Origin: Podarcis vaucheri
Taxonomy: Eukaryota
Reading direction: 5' to 3' (one strand)
DNA length: 64,000 nt
NCBI GenBank assembly: GCA_965113315.1
Contig: OZ220365.1
The position numbers and the translations under genes were made by a program. The notes beneath the pieces are model-generated. The model was given only the letters and a program-made list of their open reading frames with translations. It was not told where the DNA came from and made no database searches. This document shows, piece after piece, positions 24,758-38,397 of the stretch (position 1 is its first letter; each line of letters opens with the position of its first letter).

Positions 24758-27700
24758 TTTCTCTGAATGCCACAGAGGAAACAAGGAGGTGTAAATGATG
24801 AAGCTCTCCAGGAGCACAGAACCTCAGACTGCAATGGAGGCTAGAAGGCGGGGAGGGGGAGAGAGTTTTGATCTCAATCCTGTTTAAAGTTATTTCAAGA
24901 GGCTGAACCTATGCTGGATATGCGCAAGATATTGTTCAACTGTTTGGGTATATCATTTACTGTTTTTTGGTTCTATTTTGAAGAAAGTTCTGCAAGTAAA
25001 GCTTGAATCAAATCTATGGAAATGGACAATGGAATAAAGTTTTTATGCATCCAGTCACTTCGAGCTGCACAGTATTCCTATCTGCAATAACCCTTGTCTG
25101 AAGCCCCAGAATTCTGCTGTTGGTCAGACAATGCAGAGCTGGACAGCCCAATGGTCAATCTCTGTATAATACATCTTCGTATGTTCCAGTGTTCCAATCC
25201 CAGGCACTCATGCCCCCCTTGTCCCTGACATGTCTGGCTCATAATGGCAAGTGAAGTAGAGCTGTGCATTAACTATCAAATACAGTTTGCCATACTGAAC
25301 CACCATGGCCCCATCCCATGCCATCTCCCCAAATATCCATAAAAAACAAAAGCCCATCTGAAACTTTTGTGCAGTGACTTTCTTATGACTGTCTCGTGTC
25401 TGTTATCATGGGAAATTTACTGCATCCTCCTGAAGAGATAAATCTTCCAGGATGTGGTTGACCTCATGTGCACAACAGAACAGTAAAAAAAAAAGCTTGC
25501 AATTGTCAGTGGCCCCAAAGTTCGAGCCAGGAACTTCATGAGCTAGGCTTGGAAACTGAACTGGTTAGCTATGGTTTGGGCACAGAAAGGAACAGGGGGC
25601 TGCAATATGAGCCTCTGCCATCAGCAGGCAATATTAAGCTTCTGGATTGGCCTAGCCTGGTAAAAATAGTAAGAGATGGGCCAATTTGCTCTCAACATGT
25701 AGGGCTCCAGCTCCCAGTTCAGGCCACTGACTGTGGAGTGTCCCAGCCAAGCTTCTGGCATGGCTCTAAAAATGAGGAAAATAATGAGTCCTTTACTACA
25801 TCAGAAATAAATGTGAGTGGCTGGCCTGAGTCAGCTATTTATTGTTGCATGTGAAGGCATATATTTGCTTAGTGATTAAATATGAAGCTTGTTTCATAGG
25901 CCTGTAAAAAGCAGCAACACTTATCACGTAAAACACTTAACCTCTGTTTTCGTCGTGGAGCAATTATGTCTGTAGCTGAGGGACAGAGAACCAATTTAAC
26001 CACGATCACAGCAGCAGTCACAGAACAGAATAGGGAACAGACATCAGCAGTAGCAGATAGCATAGAGGGACAGCAACACTCACCTGACCTCCTGACAGGG
26101 GTGTTGCTGCTGCTCAGGAGAGAGCGGAGGTTGGTGGGGTACACAGGCTTGCCCTTCCCCCATCTCCCTCCCAGTAAGTAGTAGCGACTCAGCTGTCAGG
26201 AGAGCAGGGGGGTGCTGCAGCCCCATCACACCTCCTGATAATAGAAGCCAAATCTCTTCTCTCTTAAGGTTTGTCCCATACCCTCCAACATGCTGAGTCC
26301 CAAAAATCGGGATGCATGTCCTCCTATCCGTGTTCCCGCACGAGTCGTGTGACCCGCACAAGATCACGGAACCCAAAAGACACACTTTTTCAGGGCAGCG
26401 ATCTCATGGCGTCCAAAAACATGTATTTTGGGCCATGTAAGATCATGGCCTCAAAAAAAAGTGCTTTATCCGGGCAAGATCTCGGGGCAAAATTGCATGA
26501 TGTCATACTGCCCAAAATGGCTGCCATGCTCAGAAAAAGTGGGATGTATGACTTACAGGGTATGTGTCCGCATCACAGTCCTGCTACAGTTGCCAAGTGA
26601 TGTTCTCCCATAGGAATGAAACATGGTCCGTGTGTCGTGGGGCATCTCCAGACTGTGGCAGTTTCAAACCCATCTCCCACACTTTATTTATTATGAATTA
26701 TTACAGCAACATATTAATGAAGTATTGAAATCAGCTTAAACTGTTTACATTAGGAAACCAGTGTAGAAAGTAAACCAATGCCAAATGGAAACCAAAGTGG
26801 GGACTCTCAAATATAAACAGCTATTGCAACGCTACCCTAAAACCGCCTCTGAGATCAGGCACTGGCTGTGGTTCCCAGCTAGGCTGCCCCTGGCTACCCT
26901 CCTTGCTGAGCCTCCAGCTGACAGTTTGAGTGGTGGGTGCGAAGCAATGTCAGCTTCTGAATGGCAACCAAACATGCCTTCCATCCACAGCAGCTTCCCA
27001 CCATTTTCATTCCCCCAAAATGCCATGCCTCAGCTCTCTTGGCCTGGGCCTGGGTGACTTATTATGGCAGGCAGCCATTGCAGATGGGAACCAAGACTAA
27101 CTTCCTTTCAAAACGCACCACCACCAGCCCACCATGATAATGTTGTCTAGGGTCTCAGTGTGGAAGGTGGTAAGAAAAAATGTGTGACTATATGACAGGG
27201 TATTGGGCAGTGGGGGGCCATCAGCACCCTCATTCTAAGGACCCCCTGAAGTCTAGCTGTGGTCCAGCATGGCAGACAGATACTTAATCAAATTAAAATA
27301 TCAGTCAGACATCAGTCTTTCTTCTCCCCATAAAGCATTGGGTAGGCTGTTCACCCTTTTATTTTTTTTAAGGTGCCACATATACATATATCCATTTGTG
27401 CGTTTATCATTTGTCTTGTTTCTAAAAAGCTGGTAACATTTTTAAAAAGTTGCATAGCTGCTCTTGGAATTAGTGTGTGCAGCTGGGCTGGTGATAATAT
27501 GGGCACTAGCCAATCAGCACTGTTCACAGATGGCCCTTCCTACAATCTTGTAAATATTATTATTATTTAGAATTTGACCCTGAAAAAAGGGGGGAAACCA
27601 TTTGTACTTAATGCAGCAAAAGTGCTTCCAAACCAGCCCCACTGCTGAACAAAAGTTAAATTGATCACCCTGTTTTTTTGCCAGGCAGCTCTGCAGATCT

Positions 27701-28383
27701 CTATGACAATTTGCCCAAAGCCTTAATGGGTCACATCAGGCCATTGACTGGGAATAGTCCTTCCTCTAAAACCCACAGTGTGATAGTTTTGTAGATTTTA
27801 AACTTGTGGTGCTGTCAAATAAGTGCTCAAGGTTCCTCGCTGCTCCTCTGCCTCCCCAAAGAACTCAATTCTCAGAGTAATGCACCAGGGTAATAATTTA
27901 ATTCTACAGCGAACAAAAGCAGTCATACAGAAAATTAAAATGTTTCCCTCCCTCTCCCCTCGAAACCAGCAACAACAGAACAAGGTTGCATCAATACTAG
28001 CTCAAGAGCAGAAAAGCACTTCAGTGCTTTAGCCTCGGCTGTTCTTTTCATTCAGCCTATTGGTGACGTCAGTCTGGCACTCATAAAATCCTAATTAGCA
28101 TATCACCTTGTGCGTTGTAATGTACAAGTGGAGCAGTTCCTGATTCTCTCTGGCATGCTAGCTCAAAGAGATTAAGAATCATAAAAATCCTCTGCGCTTC
28201 ACGCAGTGACAACAGCCCAATGAGGCTAACGTATAAAAAAAATCCTGACATGATCCTCCAAGGGGATCAAGATAAAATGTAAGCGTTCCAGTTTCTGAAC
28301 TACATTTAGTTGAGCCTGGTTCTGGGATTTCCTACAATACTTCTAGATGCCTGCATCCAAGCAGCAAGTCTGCCCACATCAAG

Positions 28384-28575
28384 AGCCAGGGTGGTGTAGT
28401 GATTAAAGCGTCCGACTAGGAGCTGGGTTCAAATCTGCAACTGGCCATAAAGCTCACAGGGTGACGTTGGGCAAGTCACTGTCTTCTCTCAGCCTAACCG
28501 ACCTCACAGGGTGGTTGTGGAGATTAAATGAGACGAGGGGAACCACGTACGCCACCTTGAGCTCCTTGGCAGAAA
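28384..28575 (+). mobile_element. tRNA-derived SINE (MIR/CORE-like squamate SINE)
   Basis: A-box ggtgtagtg, B-box gggttcaaatc, and core ttgggcaagtcac...ctcagcct...cacagggtggttgtgg. A reverse copy is at 39988-40134. Confidence 0.7.
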
Positions 28576-29621
28576 GATACCTACAGCACCCAGCTGTCAT
28601 TATAGGCCACCCACACCCTGCATGTGAGGGTGGGGCAGCTGTGGAATCTGTCAGGATCAGTAAATTTAATTCTCAAATTTCGTATGTTGAAAGGAGCTCT
28701 TGGCAAAGCAGATTGTATAGTTGGCTGCGTTCTATCTGTGTATGCGGGATGTGTACTGAGTGCTAATATGCCTTCTAGCTTTCCAGACTGCACTGGGGGA
28801 AAGCGCCAGGCCTAGCAATCTAAGAGTGAAAATTTTCAGTCTGGACTCTTAACACAAACAGCTCTGTCACTAAGCGCCCAGACATTGCAAGAAAAAGTTG
28901 GCCTTCATCTAGCAAAAGGCCATTATTAATAGTTCTTCCACACTGCCAATCTTTTTTTATGGTGATTCATCAAAATAAGATGTGTCCTTCAGCTTCTTCC
29001 CAGGCTCCGGAATGATAAGATGTTTTATTGTCCTGAGAGTTTAAAAAACAGTCAAAAGTGCCAGCAGCCATAACATTCAGATAACTCACTCCAGGAAGGA
29101 AGGAAGGAAGTTATGTTCAACACGATCCTCCCATTTTCAGGTTATTTTTCAGTGTCTCTCCTCTGAGAACCAACTTAACCTGACAACCAAGACAGGAAAA
29201 ATAACACACACAAACAAATGTACCTTCCCCCATCTTCTATCTAGAATTGATTCAATAAATTTATCATTTCCCAAATTCCCCTGAACAAATTATTAATGAA
29301 AAAAGAATGAAGATGTAAAAAAAAATCAAATCAGTAACATCTTGCTTTGTGGGAAAAGTTTTTACACCTTTACTGAGCGTCAAAGTTGCTGCTTTTCTGG
29401 CTCCACCAAAGAGGACAATATCTAGCCTCTCACCACCGACATCATTCGCACAAGTTATTTCAGTTAGTTTAATTGAATGGCTTTTATTTTGTCAATTTCC
29501 TGACATTTATACATATTTGTGAAGGATGGTTGGTGCACTTTGCGAAGGGCTGTGGCCTCTGGGAATTTGCCTCCATCAGAAAAATCAGATCTATGGGCTG
29601 TGAAGACATGCCAGTTGAAGG

Positions 29622-29622
<1 letters not shown>

Positions 29623-29663
<41 letters not shown>

Positions 29664-29718
29664 TTATACCCTGCCCACCTGGGTAGGTTTCCCCAGCCAC
29701 TCTGAGAGGCTTTCAACA
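29623..29718 (-). repeat. (TAA)n microsatellite at the tail of a short L2-type 3' end
   Basis: About 13 ATA/TAA units at 29623-29663, abutting tttataccctgcccacc...cccagccactctg. Confidence 0.75.
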
Positions 29719-30167
29719 GAAACACGATGGCTAAAAGGGTACAGTATCCTAGGGACACAACTGAGAGCTCAAATTAAAGCATGAATAATGGACAGCAGTA
29801 TGAAAATATATGACAGGTAGCAGGTCAAATTGAACAGTATCTGACAGACAACTTGCAAAAGAATTTAGTACATTTTATATTTCTCTTAAGAGTAGGGGCT
29901 GCTGACCCTCCTTGCTGCATTGACCAGTCCCACTTAGCCCTTAGCCCTTCCTCCACACCTGACCAGCCTCCCTTTACACTTCAACCCCCACTTATCCCAC
30001 CACAGCTTGACCCAAGCCCCAAGCCCCTTCAAAAAGGGGGGTACTTCACAAAGCAGCTTGCTAAACTGCCCTGTAATCTATGGGTGAAGAGCAGTATAGA
30101 AATTTAATTAAAAATAATAATAACAACAACAACAATGGCCCAGATTCTCATGAATTGTTCTCTGTAC

Positions 30168-30642
30168 CTCACCTTACCAACAAAGGTCCGTATAGTTAAA
30201 GCTATGGTTTTCCCAGTAGTGATGTATGGAAGTGAGAGCTGGACCATAAAGAAGGCTGATCGCCAAAGAATTGATGCTTTTGAATTATGGTGCTGGAGGA
30301 GACTCTTGAGAGTCCCATGGACTGCAAGAAGATCAAACCTCTCCATTCTGAAGGAAATCAGCCCTGAGTGCTCACTGGAAGGACAGATCCTGAAGCTGAG
30401 GCTCCAGTACTTTGGCCACCTCATGAGAAGAAAAGACTCCCTGGGAAAGACCCTGATGTTGGGAAAGATGGAGGGCACAAGGAGAAGGGGACAACAGAGG
30501 ACGAGATGGTTGGACAGTGTTCTCAAAGCTACAAACATGAGTCTGACCAAACTGCAGGAGGCAGTGGAAGACAGGAGTGCCTGGCGTGCTCTGGTCCATG
30601 GGGTCACAAAGAGTCGGACACAACTAAACGACTGAACAACAA
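30168..30642 (+). mobile_element. BovB LINE 3' fragment
   Basis: ORF TLPTKVRIVKAMVFPVVMYGSESWTIKKADRQRIDAFELWCWRRLLRVPW... matches the BovB ORF C-terminus. Confidence 0.95.
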
Positions 30643-30667
30643 AGGTCAAGGAGATAATTATGCTCTG

Positions 30668-30803
30668 GAATAGAGTTGGAAGAGACCACCAGGGTCATCT
30701 AGTCCAACCCCTTGCAATGCAAGAATCTTCTGCCCAACATGGGACTTGAACCCACAACCCTGAGATTAAGAATCTCACGCTCTGCCGACTGAGCTATCCC
30801 GGC
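30668..30803 (-). mobile_element. SINE with tRNA-Lys(CTT)-like head and CR1-type tail
   Basis: Minus strand GCCGGGATAGCTCAGTCGGCAGAGCGTGAGATTCTTAATCTCAGGGTTGTGGGTTCAAGTCCC..., fused directly to gcaaggggttggactagatgacc. Confidence 0.8.
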
Positions 30804-32402
30804 CCTCTTTGATAGTAGTTCCAACAGCATCTAATGACATCATAGCTGATCTTTGTGTTTGTGGTCTTGCATTTAGTTCCAATTTCCCATTCCTTTTAAC
30901 TTCCGTACTTTCCTTGGTACTACAGAGGAATGATTCCAAGCAGACAATCGGTCCAGACATTGGTTTCCCACTGGAAGAAGAAACCACCAGGAATGTGGTG
31001 CATGTGGGATGCCCTTGCAATCACCCCTGCAAACCAGCAGTGAGAACCAAAGGCATAGCACTGGGCCCCGTAAGTTTGGTGGGCTGGCAGGAAGGAACAC
31101 AGGCAAAGGCAGCTGTAGGATCTGAAAAGAGCTGAGGAGACTGGGAGCGCTTGAAACAATACTTTGCCATTTGCAATTAGAGCTGTCTGGACGTACCTTT
31201 AGGCCTGCAATACTTACATTTATTCTAGTTCTCTGGAAATCACATGGCCAAATTCTTTCTTTTAAAATTGGCTAGTCAGTAATCATGGGTAACACTTCCT
31301 CCACTCAAACTAGAATTGGGCTTTCCATAATTCCCACACACCTTTAATTTAAAAACAAACAAACAGAAAATACATCCAAAAGAAATTCTGAGCCTAATTC
31401 TGAGCCAGTGTGGTATAGTGGCTAAGAGTGGTAGACTTGTAATCTGGTGAACTGCGTTCACAATTTCTGTTCTCATCCTGAAGCAAAGTCCTTAACCCGA
31501 GGTACTATTTCTGGGTTAGCAGAGTCTGAAGCATCTGTAACCTGAAGCATCTGTAACCCGAGGTACCACTTTACATCCTAGCAACTGGAATTTGTCAGCC
31601 CTGCCTTGGCCTTATCAGATATCTGAATCTCAAGTACTGATTTGTCACCTCATGTAATGTTTCCATTGTAAATCACTTGGTGGGATAGAATCTGACTTTC
31701 ATTGTAAACAATAGCAAACTTTCACTCTTCCTCTGTGTTACAGCGCTTGTATTATATTCTGAGGATTATACTGCTTGATCCTGATCTTGTTACCTGAAGC
31801 TACATAAAATCAGTTTTCATATTTCTTTAAATTACGTCTTTTGTTTTGCTTTGGGTTTTTTAATAGTAATATTTGGGGGGGAGGGTTAAAAAAATATATT
31901 AGCAGGAAACCTCAAGATTCTACAGACACCATCAGACAACGAAATAAGGCTCATCTCGCACCCCACCATCACTAAAAGCCTGCAACAATTTGATGAGTCT
32001 GGTTTCTCTCATGGTTCCTGAGCAGCCAGCAGGCTGATGAATGGAAATAGATCCATACTGGTAGGAACAGAAGAGGTTTCCTTATGCCAGGTCAGACCAT
32101 TGATCCATCTAGCTCAATATTGTCTACTCTGACTGGCAGCTGCTCCCTGACGTTTCAGAAAGGTGTCTTGCCTGGAGATGCCAGGGACTGAGTCTGGAAC
32201 CTTTTGCATGCAAGGCCTGTATTCTAACACTGAGCTACAGCCCTTCCAAGAACTCCCATTCAGAGCCAGCAATTCTAACCCAACAGCATAAATCGAGAAG
32301 ACGACAAAGGTAGCAACAGCAACCTTTCCCTTAATTTCCCATCTCTAAACTGGGAATGATGTAGCCCTGAAATACCTTTTGTACGACAGGCATGCTAATG
32401 AT

Positions 32403-32539
32403 CAGTGCTCTTTTTTTTCAGGGGGTATTCAAGGGTACGCAGTACCAGCACCCCTTGGGGAGGGTTAAAAAATGAGGCACTTATTGTTAACAACTTTATG
32501 GTGAGTACCGGCACCTATTTTTCTAGGGGAAAAGCACTG
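32403..32539. mobile_element. hAT MITE
   Basis: Termini cagtgctc...aagcactg, with TSD ctaatgat/gtaatgat (7/8 match). Confidence 0.7.
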
Positions 32540-33968
32540 GTAATGATTGCAGAAGTGCTCAGACAGATGCAGTAATAATAGGGAAAGGACTGGATGGAAC
32601 ATGTGCTCCCTCTTCTGGCCAGCCATGAAAATGCCTGCAGCAGGTAGCAAAATGTACCACAACATATTGCCATTTCTTTTGAGTATCATAGAACCGAAGA
32701 GTTGGAAGGGACCCCAAGGGTCATCTAGTCCAACCCCCTGCAATGCAGGGATCCTATCCACAGCTGTACCCGGGTGGGTTCAAACCACCAACCTTCTGGT
32801 TAGCAGTCAGACACATTGCGCCACCTCAGCTTGAGGACTCTTTTCTATTAGGAAAGCCTTAACTCATATTTCTCAATATATTTTTATCAGTTGATCCGAT
32901 ATCTTGCTCTTTCCCACAGGGAATACACTGGCAAAGCAGCACCCAAAGTGATTGACCCCCTGCCCATCAACTGGTGTGATTGACAGGTGGGCATGGTTTG
33001 GGGGAAATGGCCTTGCGAGCCAAATTGGACCCCCAGGACAGAAGTTCCCCACTCTTGCTCTAGAAGAAGATGAAAACCTGGTTCACCTTATCAGTTGTTG
33101 CTGTTTTCGATGCCCAGTCTCTTGTGCCCTTTGGCAAACTCCCTTTCCCCCAACCCCACACACACTTTGAGTGGTTGTATGGAAGTGTAGATGTCAAGTG
33201 GGATTTTGGCGACAGCTCAGAAAAGAAAGAAAAGTAAGCTGCGACCATGCCATTCGTCCTCATGGAAATCTATTTTATGGGTTTCTCAGTCTGCATCACT
33301 GGTTTTTCTCCACATGAAAGAGCCAAAGACAACATAAGCGAAAATGTCACTTGTAGTAGAAAGGAAATCAACAGGAGGAAAGGTCAGCGCACACAAAGCA
33401 GTTTGTCTCTATAGGCTGTTTTCTAAGGCTGCTTTGGGAGACATTTGCTCTTGAACTAGAGCTGAGACAAAAAATAAATAAATCAGAAAAAAATATTTCC
33501 AAGAAATTAACCAAGAACTTTATTTCTTGTGCACCCCCTGAACTTTTAAGAGAATTTGCAGAGGGAGGGCTTGGAGAATATTTAGCAATTCAGACGCACA
33601 GTGCCAATTTTGTCACCTGTCAATAAGGCGGTGAATTTGGGGCGCGACAGTAAATGCACAGCAATATATTTGAATATTGCTGAAAGAAGCATCAGGGCTT
33701 GGCTCCTACACATTCCAGTCCTCCTCCAAGCCCATGGTTTCATTTGGTATTAAACTGAGCCAAAATTTCTCAGTAGAGAAGTTCCTTGGAGTTGTTCTTT
33801 TTGGGGGCTGTTTAAGAATTCACACCCCAGGAAGAATTGGCACAGTGCGATATCATTGACGTGACATTGCTGTTACTTATCGGGAGCAGGGCAGCGTGGC
33901 AGCAAAGTTGGGGTGGCTGAGGCACACCAGTGAAAGTGTCAAATTGGTTCCACCAAAGCACTTGTCCC

Positions 33969-34396
33969 TGTTAGAATTCCTGATCCATGATTGCAGTCAT
34001 GGGATGTTTGTCTTTCACATGACGGTGTATGTTTGGACTCCACAGAGTGGGAAGTGACGGAGACAGGATGTTTGTGTTACTGTGTTCCATGAAGTGGGAC
34101 TATTGTCCTTTGTTCTTTTTCTCTTTGCTGTCTGATACTAGAGAGAGAGGGAACCATGTTGCAGTGCTCCGTATGTGTTTATATGTAAATAAAGTAGATT
34201 AGCCAAAATGCTGAGTTGCTGAGGTCTGTCAGGCAAGTTGCACAAACTCCATGGATCCCTAAGTGTGCCGGTGTCGGCTGACATCGGTCGCTGTGATGTT
34301 CAGGCTGAAGAAATCTTATGAAGCTCCCGAACGATCAACCAGTCGGGCATGTGTCTCTGCCAGAGTCCCACTCAAGTGTAGGCTGAACTCCTGACA
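33969..34396 (+). mobile_element. Solo LTR (428 bp)
   Basis: TG...CA ends (tgttagaa...tcctgaca), perfect 5-bp TSD gtccc (33964-33968 and 34397-34401), and an internal AATAAA at ~34188. Confidence 0.85.
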
Positions 34397-34768
34397 GTCC
34401 CACACCATCCTAGCAGTGACACTGCACCCAGAAGGCCAATTCTGTGGCAGTGCCCCATCCCACTGGCCACCACTGCCACCCATACACAGGTACGGAGAAT
34501 ATCTGATGAAATGCCAGCTGCCCAATTTCACCACTCACCAATAGGATGGCGATTTATGGGAGACCATTTTCGCTCAGCTCTCTGCACAGAATTGGGCCAT
34601 TTTTCACAGCACCAAAGGCTGACATTCAGGTGTGTTTGAAGTAATATACAAAAGAGCTTTAAGAGGCGGTTGGTTGGACTGTGAGAGAGGGTACCGCAGC
34701 AGAAACAGCTCAGAGCTGCAACAGAGATAAGAACGGAGACCTGGGAACTAACATCAAGCAACCAAGAT

Positions 34769-35108
34769 CAGACCCTCCAAGTGTCCCTGTTTTCCAGGGA
34801 TGTCCCTAATTTAGGGGAACTGTCCCAGTTTCTGGTTTGATTCCGAATGTCCCACTTTTCCATAGGACATCCCTGTTTCCATCGGTGAAATGTTGGAGGT
34901 TATCTGACCCCCAAGCCATCCGAAGGCAATCCTGTATAGGGAAGGGGTTTTTTAATGTTTAATGTTGTATTATGTTTTTATATATCTTGGAAGCTGCCCA
35001 CAGTGGCTGGGGCAACCCAGTCAGTAAGAGGTGTGGGGTATAAATAGTAAAATTATCATGATGGAATGGGGTGTCCCTATTTTCTTTGGAGGGTTGTTGG
35101 AGGGTATG
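34769..35108. mobile_element. Non-autonomous TIR element containing an L2-like 3' end
   Basis: Termini cagaccctccaa...ttggagggtatg. Collinear with the copy at 57259-57848. Confidence 0.75.
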
Positions 35109-36301
35109 CAAGTTCTTCTTTGAGAAACATGGGTCCAGAACTCTAGCTGGGGGGGAAGGAGTTGTGAGGGAGAGCTGCAGAAAGAAAGGAACTCTTGTTT
35201 TTGCAGCATTTCTCCCACTGCAAATTGCTCTCTCCTGACACCACTTTGCAGATTTGCAGGCCAATTAGGCTAAAAGGGGGGAGGGCTGACAATATACCTT
35301 TTGATTCTGTGATACTGGGTGCTAGCAGTGTGTCTACCTAGGATCAGCAAGAGCCGAGTTCAAGTCCTCACTCAGATTTGTATACACACACATATATTGA
35401 ATTACATGCCGCTCAGATGTACTGCACAGCTGCTGCCAACTTTTGCAAAGCTGTCCTTGTGAATTATAGTTTGCATCCCTAAGTATTCCTTTGTGTTTTG
35501 TTTTAATGCTGCAACTGTTGCCAACAGAGTAATGTTAAGAAAATGAGAATGCTTTCTGTTTCCAGATCGTGCCGTATGATTGTCTGCTCTAATGCCTTTA
35601 TAATGGAAGGCATTTTTTCATAACTTTTGCTAGTGGGAATAATTGGGTTGTGTGCAAGATTTTAAAATTTGTTATATGCAGTAGACAGGGTGGGATTTTT
35701 TGCTCTTAAATGTTGCGCAGATTAAAGGGCCTGTTTCTGCAGGAATCTGCCTGTTCACCAAGGGCATCCTTGGAGGCCCATCGCTGAGCGCCTCCACCCT
35801 CTGAAATTTGGTGGACAGTGGTTACAGAGAAGACCACCCCCAGAGGAAGAAGTTTCCAATCCCTCTCACAACTGGTAGTCTCCAAACTCTACCCATCAGA
35901 CGTGGCTCTACCCAATGAAGATTCCTTTGCTTCAGGGCGAATTTTTCAAAGTCATTATAATCACCCTGACAAAGTCTTCCTTTGGATGAGTGCATGAATT
36001 AGGGTTCTCGAGGGACATGTCGCAGAAGAACAGAAAAGACTCACCTGAGGGGTTTGACATCCCCTTTCTTCCCTTTGCATTTCCGCGACACTTACTCCCT
36101 GAAGCTGCCCTCACCCCAGAATTTCTTATGGGGCCTTCAGTCTCCCACAGGCAGTTTTCAGTTTCTGTTCCTAAAAGAGAAGGCATCTATTTCAGGACAA
36201 TGTGGGAATAGGTTCTAAGAACATCACAGGACTCTTCAGTCTCTCTGGGCACTGGCTCTATCCAGCCCTGGCTAAGTTAGGGCCATTAATTTCAATAAGC
36301 C

Positions 36302-36500
36302 TGTTTTTCAAATTAAAATTTTACAGAGATATATCAAACATAAATCATAAAAACAAGATTCCAAGGAATCTCCATCCTTTGTTGGTCCTATTATTCATCA
36401 TTTCCTTCTGCATCTTTTATGATAGTCCAAATTATTTACGTATCCAGAATTCACCCTTAAACTACAAGTGATATTCCAATCCTACTAATGATTTTAACTG
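36302..36500 (-). mobile_element. L1 3' UTR fragment
   Basis: Its reverse complement resembles the L1 3' UTR at ~54080-54400 (cattagtaggatt...cacttgta...aataggacc). Confidence 0.5.
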
Positions 36501-36784
36501 GCCTGTTCTGAGTAAACTTTAGTTGGATCCTCTAGGCCAGCCCACCCATAAGGCAAGGTGAAGCAGCCGCCTCAGGCAGCAGGACCCACAGGGGCAGAAG
36601 ATCCCAATGCAGGTCTTTATTACCCCTTTGTTCCTCATGCTGATATTCATTCATCCCTTCTTATCTGGCGAGGAAGGTGCACCATTTTGTGGTTCATCTT
36701 AGGTGCCAAAATGTCTCTGGCCCGACTTACTTATCCTCACCAACAGGGAAGAACTGATCAATAAGGAGAAGTAGCGGGTTCCTT

Positions 36785-37123
36785 GAGAGTCCCATGGACT
36801 GCAAGAAGATCAAACCTATGCATTCTTAAGGAAATCAGCCCTGAGTGCTCACTGGAAGGACAGATCCTGAAGCTGAGACTCTAATACTTTGGCCACCTCA
36901 TGAGAAGAGAAGACTCCCTGGAAAAGACCCTGATGCTGGGAAAGATGGAGGGCACAAGGAGAAGGGGACGACAGAGGGCGAGATGGCTGGACAGTGTTCT
37001 CAAAGCTACAAACATGAGTCTGACCAAACTGCGGGAGGCAGTGGAAGACAGGAGTGACTGGTGTGCTCTGGTCCATGGGGTCACGAAGAGTCGGACATGA
37101 CTAAATGACTAAACAACAACAAC
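36785..37123 (+). mobile_element. BovB LINE 3' fragment with TSD
   Basis: BovB C-terminal ORF, (CAA)n tail, and a 12-bp TSD agcgggttcctt at 36773-36784 and 37124-37135. Confidence 0.95.
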
Positions 37124-38366
37124 AGCGGGTTCCTTAGAAGGAAGTGACCACCACCCATGATCTATAACCACATGAAGCAATTCTTTGGAAGCCAATCAGC
37201 ATGGAGCAACATCTGTCTCACATATTTTACAGATCAGCATCCATCCTCATGCTAAACACCTGGGTCAGTAGATCTGCTTTGGGCACTAATACAGTGTCAC
37301 AGTTTGTGAAGCTGCATACATTTTTGGAACTGAGCACATTTGCAGGAGAAATTTAGTTCTGAGGAAGAATCCTAAGCCAGCTATCAACTATTTCCTTTCT
37401 CTTGTTTTTCCAACTAAAATTCCTGCCAGGTCTTTGGCCAAACCTTGATTAAATTCTGATAAGGCTAGAGGGACCAAATAAAATTCATTTTGAGGCCAAA
37501 TCTGGCCTGCAGGCCACCTAAAGGTTTTTATATATATAAAAGCTCACTATTATTGCTTATTGCTCTTTTCATTGCTATACTGCTATACATAGCTGAAGAA
37601 TTAACATCTAGCAAAATCTGCATCTTGTGATTTGAAAAACTAGGAAAGCAATCGCCTTTTTAAACAATAACTGCTGATCCATACCTGTATAAGCATTAAA
37701 AGCACAGTTTTCTATGTGTTTACTCATAAGTAAAAACCACTGTGTTCAATGGGACTAACTCCCTAATACTTCAGTGTCCTCAGTAATGACTGGATGGTCA
37801 GTTTTGTAGCCAATTAAATCTGAAATGTCAAATGCAGGTCTTGGACTAGAAAACCATTTTGTTGCAACCCAGTAAGAAGCTGATGTTGTGATGTTGGTGT
37901 TGTGCATGCAACTCTTCTTGGTTAATCAGCTCAAACAAAAGTGGGGGAAAGATCCCAAAGGAAAGAAAGTTATGGTAGAGGCAGAACATAGCACAAAATT
38001 AACACAACAGAGAAGATGCTTGTTTTCTCTCCAATCTTCTGCAATGAACAGCATAGCCTTTGCTAAGAAATTAAACAGAAGTGAATTTGGTTTAATTGCT
38101 TGCAGAGTCCTGAGGAACTGGTCTGAAGTGCACAACCTGAACAACCAGCAAAATCAGCTTGTCAGGAGACTGCAGAATCAGAGCCAGGTGAGTTCTAGGG
38201 AGAGCTCCGCATCTCAAAGAGCAGTTGCCAGTCAAGGTAGATCATACTGTGGGGAAGGGTATTGTTTTTGTCTGTTACAAATTTTTGTGTTTTTATATTG
38301 GAAACCATTCCTGTGATCCTCGGATGAAGGGCAGTATATATATTTAATTAATATATACATTTGATA

Positions 38367-38397
<31 letters not shown>
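38367..38397. repeat. (GATT)n microsatellite
   Basis: Directly visible. Confidence 0.9.

Noticed and set aside
29464-29784. Poly-Tyr / poly-Ile ORFs
   Set aside because: Translations of the (TAA)n microsatellite.
30731-30803. tRNA-Lys(CTT)-like sequence on the minus strand
   Set aside because: It is fused directly to a CR1-type tail, has stem mismatches and no clean terminator, and has a sibling at 16576-16714. It is a SINE head, not a tRNA gene.
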